From positions 2,021,646 to 2,053,645 of the forward strand of contig NC_012489.1 in the NCBI RefSeq assembly GCF_000010305.1: a stretch of 32,000 nt of DNA, given 5' to 3'. The stretch is from Gemmatimonas aurantiaca T-27. GTDB lineage: Bacteria > Gemmatimonadota > Gemmatimonadetes > Gemmatimonadales > Gemmatimonadaceae. Both the position numbers and the translations under genes were made by a program. Of the stretch, positions 1 through 9,251 are shown one piece after another; position 1 is the first letter of the stretch, and each line of letters opens with the position of its first letter. A model generated the notes under the pieces. The model saw only the letters and a list, made by a program, of their open reading frames with translations. It ran no database searches and was not told the origin of the DNA.

Positions 1-1598
1 GCTTGCCGACGACGCGCGATAGCGTTCCAGTCAACCGGAAGCCACGACGCGTCCCGACTACGTGGGTCCAGTCGAAATCCACCCCCTCTACGTGTCCAGG
101 TGAGGAACTGCTGTGCTTCCAGTCGTTCGAGGATGGGGACGAGTCCCATCGTCCCACCGAATCTCTGGGGAAGGCCCTGCAGATCAACCGCCGCGCCCGT
201 CTCCAGAGCGGCGCCGGCCACACGCCACAGGGCGCGCAAGACGTCGCGGTCGGTGGCGCGTGCTCCGGTGAGCTCCCGCGTGATACGGCCGGGTGAGGCG
301 ATGAGACGGACCCACACCTGATGCAACGAGGGCAGTTCCTCCGCACAGGCGCCGGCGCGGAGCAGCGCTCGCAACGCGGGGCCCGTCTTGCGTTCGCCGA
401 TCTTGCTGGGCAAGCAGGCAGCCAGGGCTTCGGGCGTGAGCGAGACAAATCCCTCGTGGTCGGCCTGGTCCCGTAGGGCACGCCAGACCAACTCCACGAC
501 CGGGCGCTCGGCGTGTGTGCTGTTGATGAAATACTCGTGCGTGAACCGATCGGGATAGCTGTGCAGCAGCACGCAGGTGCTGGCCTGGCCGTCGCGGCCG
601 GCCCGACCGGCTTCCTGGTAGTACGACTCCAGTGTGCCGGGCATGGAGTGATGCACCACGAGCCGCACATCGGGTTTGTCGATGCCCATGCCGAAGGCGC
701 TCGTGGCGACGATGACGCGCGAACGCTCCTCCATGAAAGCATCCTGGGCGCGCTGGCGTTGTCGATCATCGAGGCCTCCATGATAGGCCGTGGCCTTGAT
801 GCGACCCCGCAGGAGCACGGCCGTCACCCGCTCCACCGCTTTTCGGGTGGGCGTATACACCACGGCTGCACCTGGCGCGTCCCGCAGCCACTCGATGGCG
901 GTCAGATCCTTGTCGCGTTGCGTGCGCGTGGGCACGACATGGTAGGTGAGATTGGTGCGGTCGAAGCCACCCACCACCACCTCGGGCTGGCGCAGCAGCA
1001 ACTGGCGTGCGATGTCGCGGCGTACCTCAGGAGTCGCGGTGGCCGTGAGCGCCACGGTCTGTGGTGAACCGAGCTGCTCGCGAATGTATCCGATGCGTCG
1101 GTAGCTGGGCCGGAAGTCATGCCCCCATTCACTGATGCAATGGGCCTCGTCGACGGTCAGCAGCACCACGCCGATCGTGCGCAGTTGTTGCAGCATGCGT
1201 CCGGCTTCCATGCGTTCCGGCGCGAGATACAACAACCGCAAGGAGCCATCGCGGGCTCGTGCCATACGATCGGCCACTTCGCTGACCGAGAGCGTGCTGT
1301 TGATGTACGCAGCCTCGATACCACGCCGCGCGAGCGTCTCCACCTGATCCTTCATGAGGCTGATCAACGGTGAGATCACGATCGTCAGCCCATCCCGCAC
1401 CAAGGCGGGCACCTGAAAACACAGCGACTTGCCACCGCCGGTGGGAAGAACAATCAGGGCATCACGGCCAGATAGCACCGCTTCCACGGCGCGAATCTGC
1501 GGCGGCCGGAAATCGGGATAGCCGAAGTACCGCAGCAGCGTGGCGCGTGCCTGTTCGAGCGTTCCAAAGTGCCCGCGGGGGGTGGGGGCGGTCGACAT
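1..1598 (-). CDS. recQ: ATP-dependent DNA helicase RecQ, C-terminus cut by window start
   Basis: Manual reverse-strand translation from ATG at 1598: MSTAPTPPRGHFGTLEQARATLLRYFGYPDFRPPQIRAVEAVLSGRDALIVLPTGGGKSLCFQVPALV...LLTVDEAHCISEWGHDFRPSYRRI. Walker A (PTGGGKS), DEAH box and RecQ-type HCISEWGHDFRPSY motif. No stop found in the stretches I translated, including the last ~120 nt up to the window edge, which explains its absence from the supplied ORF track. Confidence 0.93.
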   Translation of the reverse strand, partial: MSTAPTPRGHFGTLEQARATLLRYFGYPDFRPPQIRAVEAVLSGRDALIVLPTGGGKSLCFQVPALVRDGLTIVISPLISLMKDQVETLARRGIEAAYINSTLSVSEVADRMARARDGSLRLLYLAPERMEAGRMLQQLRTIGVVLLTVDEAHCISEWGHDFRPSYRRIGYIREQLGSPQTVALTATATPEVRRDIARQLLLRQPEVVVGGFDRTNLTYHVVPTRTQRDKDLTAIEWLRDAPGAAVVYTPTRKAVERVTAVLLRGRIKATAYHGGLDDRQRQRAQDAFMEERSRVIVATSAFGMGIDKPDVRLVVHHSMPGTLESYYQEAGRAGRDGQASTCVLLHSYPDRFTHEYFINSTHAERPVVELVWRALRDQADHEGFVSLTPEALAACLPSKIGERKTGPALRALLRAGACAEELPSLHQVWVRLIASPGRITRELTGARATDRDVLRALWRVAGAALETGAAVDLQGLPQRFGGTMGLVPILERLEAQQFLTWTRRGGGFRLDPRSRDASWLPVDWNAIARRRQ

Positions 1599-1684
1599 GC
1601 CACATCGTAGGGCCACTCCTGCGGCGATGTGGCATCATTTCATTGCGCGCGTGATCGTTTCGGTGCGACAAGGTCCGAACAACC

Positions 1685-1847
1685 TTGCCACGGATTACGC
1701 GGAAACCACACGGAAACGACACGGATACAAAAGCCTTTGTTGATTGGTGCTTCTCCAGCCGTGCATTGTCTTCAGTTTTTCATTTCTTTGATTTGCTGTT
1801 GCAGTACCCGTGTCGTTTCCGTGTGGTTTCCGCGCAATCCGTGGCAA
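1685..1847. repeat. Long imperfect inverted repeat: left arm 1685-1728, right arm 1804-1847, 75-nt T-rich spacer
   Basis: Left arm TTGCCACGGATTACGCGGAAACCACACGGAAACGACACGGATAC; reverse complement of right arm TTGCCACGGATTGCGCGGAAACCACACGGAAACGACACGGGTAC; 42/44 identical. Arms contain an 11-nt tandem unit CGGAAACCACA/CGGAAACGACA/CGGATAC. Confidence 0.9.
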
Positions 1848-1858
1848 AGCAGTTCCCG

Positions 1859-4366
1859 TTACACGGCGCGTGCGAAGTGACCCCGGGTAAAGGCACCATC
1901 GAGCAGCACGCGTGATGCACTGGCAGGGGTTGGCGCACCCTGTGCCAGCGCGTCGAGGATGTCACGGTAGCTGCGCACCAACTGCTGCACCGGATCCCCA
2001 GCCACATTGAACACCATCTGATAGCCACGGATACCCTGCGCCCACAGCGCCGGCAAATACTCGGACGCATCGATGGGACGCGAATGCAGCAGCCGGTTGC
2101 GACACGCGCTGTCGGTCGCCACACCGAAGGTGTATCCAGCCGGATCGGTGAGTGACACCTGCGTGTGTTTTTGCACGCAGAGATCACGACACGTCGTGGC
2201 CTCGCGATCGAAGGCGGCGCTCAACACGCAGTGTTCGATGGTCATGCCTTCCGGGCGTCCGTACACCAGCACGTCGAAGCCTGCCCCGCCCCACGGTGCC
2301 GTGAGGGCCTGCAGTTCCTCTACTGTGAGCTCGATGGATGCCACCAGTTGCGACGCACCCACTTCGAACATCATGGCGGCCGTGTGCTGGTTGAACACGT
2401 TGGTGGCATAGTCCGCGATCACGTCCCGATCGCCGCCGAACTCACGAATGAGTCCGAGGTGGCCGCTGAGCAGTGGCAATCCCAGCGCCAACCATGGCGC
2501 GATCGCCTTGCGCTCTTCGGGGCGCACGATGGTGGGCGTGCGCAGGCGCAGCCCCACACCCTGCGCGGTCAGTTCGTCGCGTAGCGTGATCACGCGGCTG
2601 CGCGGCGGTGCCGGGTGACGGAGAAACGGATCGAACACGACTTCGGTGGCACCACCGGCGGCCGCTTCACGCGCCGACTCGAGATCGTACACAATCACGC
2701 GCAATGCGGGCGCTGCGCTCTCCGACCTCGCCTGGCCGCTCACCGGCACGGCGGTCACCGCATCGGCGATGTGCGCGACACGCACCGCCTCGTCGCTGCT
2801 GCGTGCCCATCCCAACTGCTCTTCGAGTTGCTCGACCGCGTCCTGCCGAATGCGATTGAGTTCGCTGACCGGAAGGAAGAGGCCATCACCGAGTCCCGAC
2901 GTGTCTATGCTGCCAAGCTTGAAGGCGGTGCCGCCGAGTCGACCCAGTTGCTCACGCAACTGCGTCATGTCGAGGGACCGCTTGCTGGCTGGTGCGAGCG
3001 TGACTTCACCACGCACCGACGACTCGAGTTCTCCGGCACGCCAGATCGTCTTGAGTGGTCCACCAGCATGACCGAAGCAGCGCACGTCCACGCGGATCGC
3101 CCCCACGCGCTCCGGCATCGGCACATTGGCATACGAGGCCTGCGCCTCACTCAGCAACTTGGCATCACTGGTGCGTACGACACGCCAACCGCTTGCCACG
3201 CGCGTGGTGCGCAATCCGCTGCGCACCGACACCACCTGTCGATGCAATCCATCACGCGTGCCCATCGCGCGCACACTTTGCACCGTGCCACCGATGTTGG
3301 CCGACGACGATGGATCGGGTGATTCGAAGCCCAGACCATCCCCCACCGTCAGTGGACGCGATACTTCAACAATGAGATCGTCGCCCTCCTGCCCCACCAC
3401 CGTGCCCAGTGTCAGCCCACGATTGTCCGGCTGCGTGCGGGTGATGTACTCGCGACCCTGCCGACCACCGTACATGCCACCCGTGTTGCCGCGGCTGAAG
3501 ATCTGCACCAGCGGTTCCACTTCGTCGATCGTCGGCGCACGTCCTTCTTCACCACGCGCGATGCCGTCGAGCCAGCCGCGATAGGCCTTCGTCACCGTCG
3601 CAACGTACTCGGGCTTCTTCTTGCGCCCTTCCACCTTGAGGCAGCCGACGCCGAGCTTGGCGATCTCTTCCAGGTGATCGTGTGCGGCCAGATCCTTGGT
3701 GCTGATCAGGTACCCCTGATCGAGCGTCGCACCGGTGCTGTCGTCGTTGAGCGTGTAGTCTTTGCGGCATGACTGCGCGCACGATCCACGATTGGCCGAG
3801 CGCTCGCTGATCATGCCGGACATGAAACACTGTCCGGAATACGAGATGCAGAGCGCGCCGTGCACGAACGTTTCGAGTCCGAGATCGGGCACCGCTTCGC
3901 GAATGAGGCGGATGTCCTCGAGCGTGTTTTCACGCGCCAGCACGACACGTTCGATACCCAATTCCTGCATGACCAGCGCGCCACCGGCATCGTGCACGGT
4001 CATTTGTGTGCTGCCGTGCACCTCGAGCTGGGGGTACACCTGCTGGATGAGGCGAACCACGCCCAAGTCCTGCACGATCGCGGCGTCGATACCGCGGTCG
4101 ATGCACTCGCCGAGATACACCAGCGCTTCGTTCAGCTCGTGCGGCTTGATGAGCACATTGAACGTGAGGTAGACCCGCACGCCCCGGGCATGGGCAATGG
4201 CGCAGGCCTGTCCGAGCTCATCGAGCGAGAGCTGGGCGCCTTCATCACGCGCATTGTACATGGACGCCCCGAGATACACGGCGTTCGCCCCATTGGCGAC
4301 AGCGGCGCGTACGGCATCGAGCGTGCCGGCGGGGGCGAGTAGTTCGGGAACGTGACGACGGGACAT
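1859..4366 (-). CDS. Peptidase U32 family protein (YdcP/RlhA-like, large form)
   Basis: 835 aa; N-terminus ELLAPAGTLDAVRAAVANGANAVYLG and cysteine-rich GQCFMSGMISERSANRGSCAQSCRKDYTLNDD typical of U32 collagenase-like proteins, with a long C-terminal extension. Confidence 0.88.
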   Translation of the reverse strand: MSRRHVPELLAPAGTLDAVRAAVANGANAVYLGASMYNARDEGAQLSLDELGQACAIAHARGVRVYLTFNVLIKPHELNEALVYLGECIDRGIDAAIVQDLGVVRLIQQVYPQLEVHGSTQMTVHDAGGALVMQELGIERVVLARENTLEDIRLIREAVPDLGLETFVHGALCISYSGQCFMSGMISERSANRGSCAQSCRKDYTLNDDSTGATLDQGYLISTKDLAAHDHLEEIAKLGVGCLKVEGRKKKPEYVATVTKAYRGWLDGIARGEEGRAPTIDEVEPLVQIFSRGNTGGMYGGRQGREYITRTQPDNRGLTLGTVVGQEGDDLIVEVSRPLTVGDGLGFESPDPSSSANIGGTVQSVRAMGTRDGLHRQVVSVRSGLRTTRVASGWRVVRTSDAKLLSEAQASYANVPMPERVGAIRVDVRCFGHAGGPLKTIWRAGELESSVRGEVTLAPASKRSLDMTQLREQLGRLGGTAFKLGSIDTSGLGDGLFLPVSELNRIRQDAVEQLEEQLGWARSSDEAVRVAHIADAVTAVPVSGQARSESAAPALRVIVYDLESAREAAAGGATEVVFDPFLRHPAPPRSRVITLRDELTAQGVGLRLRTPTIVRPEERKAIAPWLALGLPLLSGHLGLIREFGGDRDVIADYATNVFNQHTAAMMFEVGASQLVASIELTVEELQALTAPWGGAGFDVLVYGRPEGMTIEHCVLSAAFDREATTCRDLCVQKHTQVSLTDPAGYTFGVATDSACRNRLLHSRPIDASEYLPALWAQGIRGYQMVFNVAGDPVQQLVRSYRDILDALAQGAPTPASASRVLLDGAFTRGHFARAV

Positions 4367-4437
4367 CCCTGATAATCTAGCGGGTCCCAGCCCATGATTG
4401 GACCGGGACCCGCTTGCTCCTCACCTGGACGCCCGAA

Positions 4438-4590
4438 CTACGGCTGCCGAGGCTTGTAGAACCGCAACAACAAGGCGCTGGCCACCAACGCGATGCCGAT
4501 CCAACGCACCCACTCGAGGCTGGTGCGCTGGGCGACCGTGAAGGCGATGACGCCAAACGCGATCAGGGCAACGCGGAGGCGTATGATCAC
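4438..4590 (-). CDS. Putative 50-aa single- or two-pass membrane protein, unknown function
   Basis: GTG start at 4590 overlaps the stop of the upstream gene (GTGA). Translation MIIRLRVALIAFGVIAFTVAQRTSLEWVRWIGIALVASALLLRFYKPRQP has two hydrophobic stretches and a basic tail. Confidence 0.5.
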   Translation of the reverse strand: MIIRLRVALIAFGVIAFTVAQRTSLEWVRWIGIALVASALLLRFYKPRQP

Positions 4591-4940
4591 GCGAATGCCG
4601 GCAGGCCCGCCGCCTTGGCTTCGGCGTCCGGCACTTCGATGACCAGGCGCAGCAAGGCCGTGGAAAACACCTTGCCCTGCGCGTCGGTCTTGAGTGACAG
4701 CGTGCCACCGCCATCGAGCGCGCCATGCAGCAGGAAATTCAGCGCCAACAGATTGGGCAGCTCGAAGCGCACCACGTCGCCGGTGATATGGCCCGTGAAA
4801 TGCTTGGCCACCGCGGCCTTCGTGACGTACTTGTCGAGCACCGCATACCACTCGGGCTTGAGCGCGATGACACCCACGTTGGCCGTGTCGCCCTTGTCGC
4901 CGCTGCGGGCATGGGCAATATCGAGAAGTCGGACTTTCAT
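4587..4940 (-). CDS. AtuA-associated small C-terminal-domain protein (AtuA_C/ferredoxin-fold-like), 117 aa
   Basis: MKVRLLDIAHARSGDKGDTANVGVIALKPEWYAVLDKYVTKAAVAKHFTGHITGDVVRFELPNLLALNFLLHGALDGGGTLSLKTDAQGKVFSTALLRL; matches the standalone domain typically found next to AtuA. Confidence 0.8.
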   Translation of the reverse strand: MKVRLLDIAHARSGDKGDTANVGVIALKPEWYAVLDKYVTKAAVAKHFTGHITGDVVRFELPNLLALNFLLHGALDGGGTLSLKTDAQGKVFSTALLRLVIEVPDAEAKAAGLPAFA

Positions 4941-4944
4941 GCGA

Positions 4945-6324
4945 TTACTCCACGATGGCAACGGAGGTGGACACGGCGCGCTTGTCGAGCAGCGCGGGCC
5001 AGTAGGCCACGATCTCTTCAACCTTGGGGCGACCACCAGCGAAGCCGGTGACACTCGGCGGGCCGTTCAACACCAGCGGCACGATCTCGCGCGCAAAGCG
5101 CTCCACCGCCGCCTTGTCGCCACCACGCACACCGATGCGATACTGCACTTCCGGTGCACTGCGGCCATCGCCGGCCAGTGAACCGTGCGTGGATGTGGCA
5201 CCCACGAACTCGCTCAGCACCTGGTCGAACTTGAGGCCCAGGCGATCGAGACGCTCACGCAGCACCCGGTCGGCCAGCTCGGCCTTCTCCATGGCGTCCG
5301 GCCAGCCGTACACCAGCGTGCCCACGGCCTTGTAGCCCGAGCGGTAGGCGATGGACACCTTGAGGAACGGGGTCGGCGCGCCGCCGGTGATGCCGTGCAC
5401 GCGCACGCGGTTCTCACCGTCGGCCTGCAGGCGAATGCTGGTGAAGTCGGCCACCACGTCGGGCGTGATGTACGAATTCGGATCGCCCATTTCGTACACG
5501 AGCTGCTCGGTCACGCTGGGCACGTTCACACGGCCGCCCGTACCGGGATGCTTGGTGATCACGAACGAACCATCGGCGTTGGCTTCCGCAATCGGATAGC
5601 CGACGTTCGCGAGGTCGGGGATGTTGCGCCAGTCGTACAGGCAGTTGCCGCCCGAGCTCTGCGCACCACACTCGAGGATGTGTCCTGCCACGATACCGGA
5701 CGCGAGCTTGTCCCAGTCATCGGCCGCCCAGCCGAACTCATGACGCAGGGGCGCCATGGTCAAGGCGGTGTCGGTGCTGCGGCCAGTCACGACCACATTC
5801 GCGCCACGCTGCAGCGCTTCGACGATGGGCGTCGAGCCGATGTAGGCGTTGGCCGAGAGCACACGATCGCGAATCGTCGAGAGCGGCTCGTCGGTGTCCA
5901 TGTTGCGCAGTTCGTGGCCGGCAGCCATGAGCTCGTCGAGACGATCGAGCACATCGTCGCCCGTCACGACGCCGATGCGAATCTTGCCACGCACGCCATG
6001 CTTGCTGGCCGCTTCGAGCACAGCCTCTGCGCAGGCGTTGGGGTTCACACCACCGGCGTTGGCGATGACCTTCACGCCACGCTCGGCCACAGCCGGGAAC
6101 ACACTCTCCATCGCGCCCACGAAGTCACGCGCGTAGCCCATGCGGGGATCGCGTTCCTTCTGCTTCTGCACGATGGACATCGTGACTTCGGCGAGATAGT
6201 CGAGCATGAGGTAGTCGACCTGTCCGCCTTCCACCTGACGGCGCGGGGCTTCGAGCCAGTCGCCCCAGAAGCCTTGTCCGCTGGCCACGCGAACCACGCG
6301 GCCCTTCGATTCCTGCGACATCAC
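4945..6324 (-). CDS. Acyclic terpene utilization AtuA family protein (DUF1446)
   Basis: 459 aa; [52 protein letters not shown]...[18 protein letters not shown]; [19 protein letters not shown]. Start is GTG 6324 or ATG 6321. Confidence 0.86.
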   Translation of the reverse strand: MMSQESKGRVVRVASGQGFWGDWLEAPRRQVEGGQVDYLMLDYLAEVTMSIVQKQKERDPRMGYARDFVGAMESVFPAVAERGVKVIANAGGVNPNACAEAVLEAASKHGVRGKIRIGVVTGDDVLDRLDELMAAGHELRNMDTDEPLSTIRDRVLSANAYIGSTPIVEALQRGANVVVTGRSTDTALTMAPLRHEFGWAADDWDKLASGIVAGHILECGAQSSGGNCLYDWRNIPDLANVGYPIAEANADGSFVITKHPGTGGRVNVPSVTEQLVYEMGDPNSYITPDVVADFTSIRLQADGENRVRVHGITGGAPTPFLKVSIAYRSGYKAVGTLVYGWPDAMEKAELADRVLRERLDRLGLKFDQVLSEFVGATSTHGSLAGDGRSAPEVQYRIGVRGGDKAAVERFAREIVPLVLNGPPSVTGFAGGRPKVEEIVAYWPALLDKRAVSTSVAIVE

Positions 6325-7937
6325 TGCGCTCCGAATGTTGGCATCGGCGGCAGCACGAAAGCGCCGAGATGCGGTCCAGGGTTCTGCAACGCCGAGCGCA
6401 GGGCAAGCGCCAGCATGCTGCGAGTGTCTTCGGGATACACGATGGTGTCGACAAAGCCGCGCGCGGCGGCATAGCGAGCATCGAGCTGCGTCTCGTAGTC
6501 CGCCCGCATGCTGGCAGCAGCTTCGAGCACTTCAGGAGATGGCGGCGTGCCGGCCTTCTTGGCGGCATCGAGCGCCGGTCCGTGCACAGCCTGCACGGCG
6601 GCTTCTCCTTCCATGACCGCCATGCGTCCGGTGGGCCAGGAAAGGATGAAATCGGGATCGAAGCCCTGGCCGGCCATCGCGTAGTAGCCTGCGCCACTCG
6701 CGTGGTTCACGGTGAGCACGATCTTGGGGACGCGGGCACACGCCATCGCTTCGACAAAATGCGCGCCGGCGCGGATGATGCCTTCATGTTCCGCTTCGGG
6801 CCCGACCATGAAGCCGGACACGTCCTGCACGAAGATGATCGGGATGCCCTGCTTGTCGCAGCGCTCGATGAAGTAGGCGACCTTCTCCGCGCTTTCCGCG
6901 TAGATGATGCCACCGAAACGCGGCTTCTCACCCGGACGGCCTTTGATCAGTCCGCGCTGGTTGGCGATGATGCCCACGGGGATGCCTTCGATACGCGCAT
7001 CACCGCAGATCATTTCCTTGGCGAGGTTGCCCTGGAATTCATCCAGCTTGCCTTCATCGAGCACGGCGCGCAGCAGCGCATGCATGTCGTACTGCATGCG
7101 ATGATCGGCCGGCAGCAGGTCATACAGCGTGGAGGGCGGCTCGGCGGGTGGACGCCATGCGGCCTGCGGCGGCGTGTTCGGACGCGGCAGGCGCGCCACG
7201 AGTTCACGCAACTTGACCAGGCACGACGCATCATCGTCGAGCGCATAGTGCGCGACGCCGCTCACTTCGGTGTGCGTGAGCGCACCACCCAGCGTCTCGC
7301 CGTCGATGGACTGGCCCGTGGCGCCCTTCACGAGATTCGGACCACCCAGGCCCATGAACGACGTGCCCTTCACCATCAGGATCACGTCACTGAGCGCGGG
7401 GAGATAGGCACCGCCCGCCACACACTGCCCCATCACGGCCGCGAGCTGCGGAATCCGCAGGTAGCGACGCATGATCGAGTTGTAGTAGAAGATGCGCGCC
7501 GCGCCGTATTGTCCGGGGAACACACCACCCTGATAGGGGAGGTTCACACCGGCCGAGTCGACGAGGTAGATGATCGGGATGCGGCAGCGCATGGCCACTT
7601 CCTGCGCCCGCAGGATCTTGGTGATCGTTTCGGGCCACCACGAGCCGGCTTTCACCGTGGCATCGTTGGCGACGACGACCACTTCGCGTCCATCCACGAT
7701 CGCAATGCCGGTGATCACGCCGGCGCCGGGCGCCTGGCCGTCGTACCGGTCGTGGGCGATCAGCAGACCGATTTCGAGAAACGGGGTGCCGGGATCGGCG
7801 AGCTGTTCGACGCGTTCACGCGCCGTGAGCTTTCCCTGCTTGTGCTGCTTTTCGATCTTGTCGGGCCCACCGCCTTGGCGGAGCTGGGCTTCCAGCGCGC
7901 GGAGTTCATCGGCGAGCCGGCGCAAACGGCCGCTCAC
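6321..7937 (-). CDS. Acyl-CoA carboxylase carboxyltransferase (beta) subunit
   Basis: 538 aa; [111 protein letters not shown]. Substrate (propionyl-, methylcrotonyl-, geranyl-CoA) not resolved. Confidence 0.9.
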   Translation of the reverse strand: MSGRLRRLADELRALEAQLRQGGGPDKIEKQHKQGKLTARERVEQLADPGTPFLEIGLLIAHDRYDGQAPGAGVITGIAIVDGREVVVVANDATVKAGSWWPETITKILRAQEVAMRCRIPIIYLVDSAGVNLPYQGGVFPGQYGAARIFYYNSIMRRYLRIPQLAAVMGQCVAGGAYLPALSDVILMVKGTSFMGLGGPNLVKGATGQSIDGETLGGALTHTEVSGVAHYALDDDASCLVKLRELVARLPRPNTPPQAAWRPPAEPPSTLYDLLPADHRMQYDMHALLRAVLDEGKLDEFQGNLAKEMICGDARIEGIPVGIIANQRGLIKGRPGEKPRFGGIIYAESAEKVAYFIERCDKQGIPIIFVQDVSGFMVGPEAEHEGIIRAGAHFVEAMACARVPKIVLTVNHASGAGYYAMAGQGFDPDFILSWPTGRMAVMEGEAAVQAVHGPALDAAKKAGTPPSPEVLEAAASMRADYETQLDARYAAARGFVDTIVYPEDTRSMLALALRSALQNPGPHLGAFVLPPMPTFGAQ

Positions 7938-8347
7938 GAGATCTGCTGCTCGCGGGCCGCAAACCAGGTGCGGATGTAGTCCACGAGGTCCTGCGTGCTG
8001 GTACCGGGGCCAAACAGGCGTGCAATACCCTGTGCGTTGAGCGCGTCCATGTCCTCTTTGGGAATAATGCCACCACCGGTGAGGAGGATGTCCTCACGCC
8101 CTGCTTCAAGGAGCAAGGCACGCACACGCGGGAACAGCGTCATGTGGGCGCCGGAAAGGATCGACAAACCCACGACGTCCACGTCTTCCTGGACAGCGGC
8201 CGTGGCGATCATCTCGGGAGTCTGGTGCAGGCCGGTGTAAATCACTTCCATGCCGGCATCGCGGAGTGCCGCGGCGACCACCTTGGCGCCGCGATCATGT
8301 CCATCGAGGCCTGGCTTGGCCACCAGCACACGGATCGGTCGAGTCAT
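7934..8347 (-). CDS. Cobalamin-binding (methylmalonyl-CoA mutase C-terminal/small subunit-like) protein
   Basis: [75 protein letters not shown]...[16 protein letters not shown]; canonical B12-binding DGHDRG...SxL...GG motifs. Stop overlaps the carboxyltransferase GTG start. Confidence 0.92.
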   Translation of the reverse strand: MTRPIRVLVAKPGLDGHDRGAKVVAAALRDAGMEVIYTGLHQTPEMIATAAVQEDVDVVGLSILSGAHMTLFPRVRALLLEAGREDILLTGGGIIPKEDMDALNAQGIARLFGPGTSTQDLVDYIRTWFAAREQQIS

Positions 8348-8367
8348 CGGTTGGCTTGCAGGGTGGG

Positions 8368-8425
8368 ACCCGGAGACGGAATTTTTTGCTCCGGTCGAAC
8401 GAAGGCCGCACCCCGGCAACCCGGG
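8368..8425. other. Two short hairpin-forming sequences upstream of the B12-binding gene and downstream of the methyltransferase gene
   Basis: CCCCGG-CAAC-CCGGGG (perfect 6-bp stem) and GACC(C)GGAG...CTCCGGTC around an internal T6 tract. Function not determined. Confidence 0.35.
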
Positions 8426-8443
8426 GACAGCCTTCCAACTTAC

Positions 8444-9247
8444 TCAACCTTCCTTACGCGCCACCAGCAGCATTTCGCTCGAAGTGCGGCTGAGGGGGCG
8501 GTCGGCCCAACTGTCGAAGGCCTGTTCCACGACGAGACCTACGTCGCGCATCCGGCCCGCCAGTTCGGAGGCGGTGTACAGCCTGATACGGTGCGTCCGC
8601 TCTCCCTCACCACTCGGCCCACGCCACGTCGAGGTGATCTCGAGGAAGCCAGACAGCGGATCGAAGCTGCGTTCCTGCCCGAACATCGTGCCGTCGGCGG
8701 TGCTCCACCAATCTCGCGTGAGGAATTTGGCCATCACGCCATCACGAGCTCCGCCGTGCCAGATCAGCACGCCACCGGGCTTGAGCACCCGGGCAAACTG
8801 CTCGAGTACGCGCAGGTCGTCCTGCGGTGTGTCAAAAAAGCCGAACGAGGTGAACAGGTTGACCACGGCATCGAACCGTTCGGTCCACCGCGCAGGCAGC
8901 TTGCGCATGTCACCCTGTGTGTAGCGCAGCGTACGGCCGGTCCCCCGCTTCCGTGCGACTTCGAGCAGGGGTTCGGAATAGTCGAGACCATCCACATCGA
9001 ACCCCGCCTCGGCCAGCAGATGCGCATGTCGCCCCTGCCCGCAGGGACAGTCGAGGATACGCGCACCGGACGGCAGGGCGAGCACCTCCATCAATCGCGC
9101 CACTTCGCGGCGATCCTGGACGAGGTCGAACAGCGGCTCGTATTCGTGCAGGTACTGGGCATCGAAGTGCGTCTGCCACCACGCTCCGCCTGGTTTCGCT
9201 TTTCCGGCAGCCTTGGGGGAAGCGGCGATCTTTCGGGGGCGCGTCAT
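8444..9247 (-). CDS. Class I SAM-dependent methyltransferase
   Basis: 267 aa; GARILDCPCGQGRHAHLLAEAGFDVDGLDYSEPLLEVARK (motif I), RFDAVVNLFTSFGFFDTPQDDLRVLEQFARVLKPGGVLI. Confidence 0.85.
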   Translation of the reverse strand: MTRPRKIAASPKAAGKAKPGGAWWQTHFDAQYLHEYEPLFDLVQDRREVARLMEVLALPSGARILDCPCGQGRHAHLLAEAGFDVDGLDYSEPLLEVARKRGTGRTLRYTQGDMRKLPARWTERFDAVVNLFTSFGFFDTPQDDLRVLEQFARVLKPGGVLIWHGGARDGVMAKFLTRDWWSTADGTMFGQERSFDPLSGFLEITSTWRGPSGEGERTHRIRLYTASELAGRMRDVGLVVEQAFDSWADRPLSRTSSEMLLVARKEG

Positions 9248-9251
9248 GGGA

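Noticed and set aside
1462-1722. Small minus-strand ORF overlapping the recQ start, and plus-strand ORFs through the inverted repeat (1540-1915)
   Set aside because: They run through repeat sequence or recQ codons in another frame; no homology by eye.
1681-1860. CRISPR array or intrinsic terminator
   Set aside because: Units are 11 nt, arranged as two inverted arms with only one spacer; no regular repeat/spacer series, no cas genes and no U-tract after the stem.
5185-6474. Plus-strand 429-aa ORF opposite AtuA
   Set aside because: Same shadow-ORF pattern; the opposite strand has clear AtuA homology.
6369-7979. Long plus-strand ORF (536 aa) opposite the carboxyltransferase gene
   Set aside because: Low-complexity H/R/A/D-rich composition and no recognisable motifs; a shadow ORF of high-GC coding sequence on the other strand.
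8348-8443. Cobalamin riboswitch upstream of the B12-binding gene
   Set aside because: The gap is only 96 nt and I could not find conserved cobalamin riboswitch boxes; an Rfam scan would be decisive.
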